A DNA stretch of 64,000 nt from Eledone cirrhosa (lineage: Eukaryota), in the NCBI GenBank assembly GCA_964016885.1, contig OZ024740.1, positions 21,204,001 to 21,268,000 on the forward strand. Reading direction: 5' to 3'. Position numbers and translations under genes: made by a program. The notes under the pieces are model-generated. The model made no database searches. It was not told the origin of the DNA and worked only from the letters and a program-made list of their open reading frames with translations. Numbering within the stretch: position 1 is the first letter of the stretch; each line of letters begins with the position of its first letter. This document shows positions 59,940 to 64,000 of this stretch, piece after piece.

Positions 59940-62900
59940 ATGTACCGTTCCTTCTTTCAATGTCATATTATCAGACAGTATATCTTGGACTACATTAGAC
60001 AATATACCAGTCCTTGTCTCAATGTGATATTATCAGACAGTATATCCTGGACTACATTAGACAATATACCAGTCCTTGTCTCAATGTGATATTATCAGAC
60101 AGTATATCTTGGACTACATTAGACAATGTACCATTTCTTCTTTCAATGTGATATCATCAGACAGTATATCTTGGACTACATTAGACAATATACCATTCCT
60201 TCTTTCAATGTGATATTATCAGACAGTATATCTTGGACTACATTAGACAATGTACCATTCCTTCTTTCAAGGTGATATTATAAGACAGTATATCTTGGAC
60301 TACATTTGACAATGTACCATTCCTTCTTTCAATGTGATATTATCAGACAGTATATCTTGGACTACATTAGACAATGTACCATTCCTTCTTTCAATGGGAT
60401 ATTATCAGACAGTATATCTTGGACTACAGTAGACAATATACCATTCCTTCTTTCAATGTGATATTATCAGACAGTATATCTTGGACTACATTAGACAATG
60501 TACCATTCCTTCATTCAATGTTATATTATCAGACAGTATATCTTGGACTACATTAGACAATGTACCTTTCCTTCTTTCAATGTGATATTATCAGACAGTA
60601 TATCTTGGACTTCATTAGACAATGCACCATTCCTTCTTTCAAGGTGATATTATCAGACAGTATATCTTGGACTACATTAGACAATGTACCATTCCTTCTT
60701 TCAATGGGATATTATCAGACAGTATATCTTGGACTACATTAGACAATATACCGTTCCTTCTTTCAATGTGATATAATCAGACAGTATATCTTGGACTACA
60801 TTAGACAATGTACCATTCCTTCTTTCAAGGTGATATTATCAGACAGTATATCTTAGACTACATTAGACAATGTACCATTCCTTCTTTCAAGGTGATATTA
60901 TCAGACAGTATATCTTGGACTAAATTAGACAATGTACCATTTCTTCTTTCAATGTCATATTATCAGACAGTATATCTTCGACTTCATTAGACAATATACC
61001 ATTCCTTCTTTCAATGTGATATTATCAGACAGTATATCTTGGACTACATTAGACAATGTACCATTCCTTCTTTCAAGGTGATATTATCAGACAGTATATC
61101 TTGGACTACATTAGACAATGTACCATTCCTTCTTTCAAGGTGATATTATCAGACAGTATATCTTGGACTACATTATAATAATGTACCATTCCTTCTTTCA
61201 AGGTGATATTATCAGACAGTATATCTTGGACTACATTAGACAATGTACCATTCCTTCTTTCAATGTTATATTATCAGACAGTATATCTTGGACTACATTA
61301 GACAATATACCATTCCTTCTTTCAATGTGATATTATCAGACAGTATATCTTGGACTACATTAGACAATGTACCATTCCTTCTTTCAAGGTGATATTATCA
61401 GACAGTATAACTTGGACTACATTAGACAATGTACCATTCCTTCTTTCAAGGTGATATTATCAGACAGTATAGCTTGGACTACATTAGACAATGTACCATT
61501 CATTCTTTCAAGGTGATATTATCAGACAGTATATCTTGGACTACATTAGACAATGTACCATTCCTTCTTTCAATGTGATATTATCAAACAGTATATCTTG
61601 GACTACATTAGACAATGTACCATTCCTTCTTTCAATGTGATATTATCAGACAGTATATATTGGACTACATTATACGATGTACCATTCCTTCTTTCAATGT
61701 TATATTATCAGACTGTATATTTTGGACTACATTAGACAATATACCATTCCTTCTTTCAATGTGATATTATCAGACAGTATATCTTGGAATACATTAGACA
61801 ATGTACCATTCTTTCTTTCAAGGTGATATTATCAGACAGTATATCTTGGACTACAGTAGACAATGTACCATTCCTACTTTCAATGTGATATTATCAGACA
61901 GTATATCTTGGACTACATTAGACAATGTACCATTCCTTCTTTCAATGTGATATTATCAGACAGTATATATTGGACTACATTATACGATGTACCATTCCTT
62001 CTTTCAATGTTATATTATCAGACTGTATATCTTGGACTACATTATACAATATACCATTCCTTCTTTCAATGTGATATTATCAGACAGTATATCTTGGACT
62101 ACATTAGACAATGTATCGTTCCTTCTTTCAATGTGATATTATCAGACAGTATATCTTGGACTACATTAGACAATGTACCATTACTTCTTCCAAGGTGATA
62201 TTATCAGACAGTATATCTTGGACTACATTAGACAATGTACCATTCCTACTTTCAATGTGATATTATCAGTCAGTATATCTTGGACTACATTAGACAATGT
62301 ACCATTCCTTCTTTCAATGTGATATTATCAGACAGTATATATTGGACTACATTATACGATGTACCATTACTTCTTTCAATGTTATATTATCAGACTGTAT
62401 ATCTTGGACTACATTAGACAATATACCATTCCTTCTTTCAATGTGATATTATCAGACAGTATATCTTGGACTACATTAGACAATGTACCATTCCTTCTTT
62501 CAAGGTGATATTATCAGACAGTATATCTTGGACTACATTAGACAATGTACCATTCCTTCTTTCAAGGTGATATTATCAGACAGTATATCTTGGACTACAT
62601 TAGACAATGTACCATTCCTTCTTTCAAGGTGATATTATCAGACAGTATATCTTGGACTACATTAGACAATGTACCATTCCTTCTTTCAATGTTATATTAT
62701 CAGACAGTATATCTTCGACTACATTAGACAATATACCATTCCTTCTTTCAATGTGATATTATCAGACAGTATATCTTGGAATACATTAGACAATGTACCA
62801 TTCTTTCTTTCAAGGTGATTTTATCAGACAGTATATCTTGGACTACAGTAGACAATGTACCATTCCTACTTTCAATGTGATATTATCAGACAGTATATCT

Positions 62901-64000
62901 TGGACTATATTAGACAATGTACCATTCCTTCTTTCAATGTTATATTATCAGACTGTATATCTTGGACTACATTAGACAATATACCATTCCTTCTTTCAAT
63001 GTGATATTATCAGACAGTATATCTTGGACTACATTAGACAATGTATCGTTCCTTCTTTCAATGTGATATTATCAGACAGTATATCTTGGACTACATTAGA
63101 CAATGTACCATTCCTTCTTCCAATGTGATATTATCAGACAGTATATCTTGGACTACATTAGACAATGTACCATTCCTTCTTTCAATGTGATATTATCAGA
63201 CAGTATAACTTTGACTACATTAGACAAAGTACCATTCCTTCTTTCAATGTGATATTATCAGACAGTATATCTTGGACTACATTTGACAATGTATCGTTCC
63301 TTCTTTCAATGTGATATTATCAGACAGTATATCTTGGACTACATTAGACAATGTACCATTCCTTCTTTCAAGGTGATATTATCAGACAGTATATCTTGGA
63401 CTACATTAGAGAATGTATCGTTCCTTCTTTCAAGGTGATAGTATGAGACAGTATATCTTGGACTACATTAGACAATGTACCATTCCTTCTTTCAATGTGA
63501 TATTATCAGACAGTATATCTTGGACTACATTTGACAATGTATCTTTCCTTCTTTCAATGTGATATTATCAGACAGTATATCTTGGACTACATTAGACAAT
63601 GTACCATTCCTTCTTTCAATGTTATATTATCACACAGTATATCTTGGACTACATTAGACAATAGTCCATTCCTTATTTCAATATGATATTATCAGACAGT
63701 ATATCTTGGACTACATTAGACAATGTACCATTCCTTCTTTCAATGTGATATTATCAGACAGTATATCTTCGACTACATTAGACAATGTACCACTCCTTCT
63801 TTCAATGTTATATTATCAGACAGTATATCTTCGACTACATTAGACAATATACCATTCCTTCTTTCAATGTGATATTATCAGACAGTATATCTTGGAATAC
63901 ATTAGACAATGTACCATTCTTTCTTTCAAGGTGATATTATCAGACAGTATATCTTGGACTACAGTAGACAATGTACCATTCCTTCTTTCAAGGTTATATT

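Larger units (their letters stand above)
1..64000 (+). repeat. Satellite DNA array, 62-bp monomer, about 1,030 head-to-tail copies, extending beyond both window edges
   Basis: The consensus ATGTACCATTCCTTCTTTCAATGTGATATTATCAGACAGTATATCTTGGACTACATTAGACA recurs every 62 bp (first full monomer at 52). Most monomers differ from it by 0-3 substitutions. The register from 52 to 62793 is 1012x62-3. Confidence 0.99.
52747..64000 (+). repeat. Higher-order duplication, offset 6511 bp (6573 after an extra monomer at about 63041): about 52747-57430 vs about 59258-64000
   Basis: 52809/59320, 53863/60374, 54607/61118, 56282/62793; CTTCTTCCAA monomer 56530/63103. Confidence 0.9.

Noticed and set aside
48035-62198. 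111-aa ORFs at 48035, 55352 and 61863
   Set aside because: Chance loss of both stops in one monomer; the same repeat-derived peptide.
238-62975. More than 100 near-identical 60-70 aa ORFs (MYHSFFQ...)
   Set aside because: Because 62 is not divisible by 3, translation walks through all three frames of the monomer and meets only two consensus stops per 186 bp. A 60-aa ORF appears whenever a SNP removes the TGA. The ORFs overlap each other and show no codon-position bias or recognisable domain.
1-64000. CRISPR array (period of about 62 bp)
   Set aside because: There are no unique spacers, the whole unit is repeated, and no leader or cas genes are present.
1-64000. One giant repeat protein via stop-codon reassignment or readthrough
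   Set aside because: It would need both TGA and TAG recoded, would be broken by the inversions and indels, and there is no 186-bp periodicity in the variants.
1-64000. Telomeric repeat, tRNA or 5S array
   Set aside because: There is no G-rich telomere motif, cloverleaf, or Pol III box A/B similarity that I can support.

Overview
The whole 64 kb window is one AT-rich tandem satellite array of about 1,030 copies of a 62-bp monomer (consensus ATGTACCATTCCTTCTTTCAATGTGATATTATCAGACAGTATATCTTGGACTACATTAGACA, 32% GC, no CpG). It runs off both window edges. I see no unique sequence, credible gene, RNA gene, CRISPR spacers or transposon, and every listed ORF is a translation artefact of the repeat. 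The array has internal structure. (1) There are 20 copies of one exact in-place micro-inversion: 18 full 87-bp copies, one cut by the left edge and one contracted to 25 bp. The inversion keeps the 62-bp register, shares flanking marker SNPs, falls into three spatially segregated lineages, and creates potential 87-bp-stem/37-nt-loop hairpins on either side. (2) There are nested higher-order duplications at offsets of 496, 992, 1425, 1674, 1736, 2604, 6511, 7005, 10291, 11717 and 18721 bp. (3) Only 13 single-base indels were found, from 3 mutation types. It looks like eukaryotic heterochromatic or (peri)centromeric satellite DNA (inference). I cannot identify the organism or satellite family. 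All coordinates and counts were read by eye.
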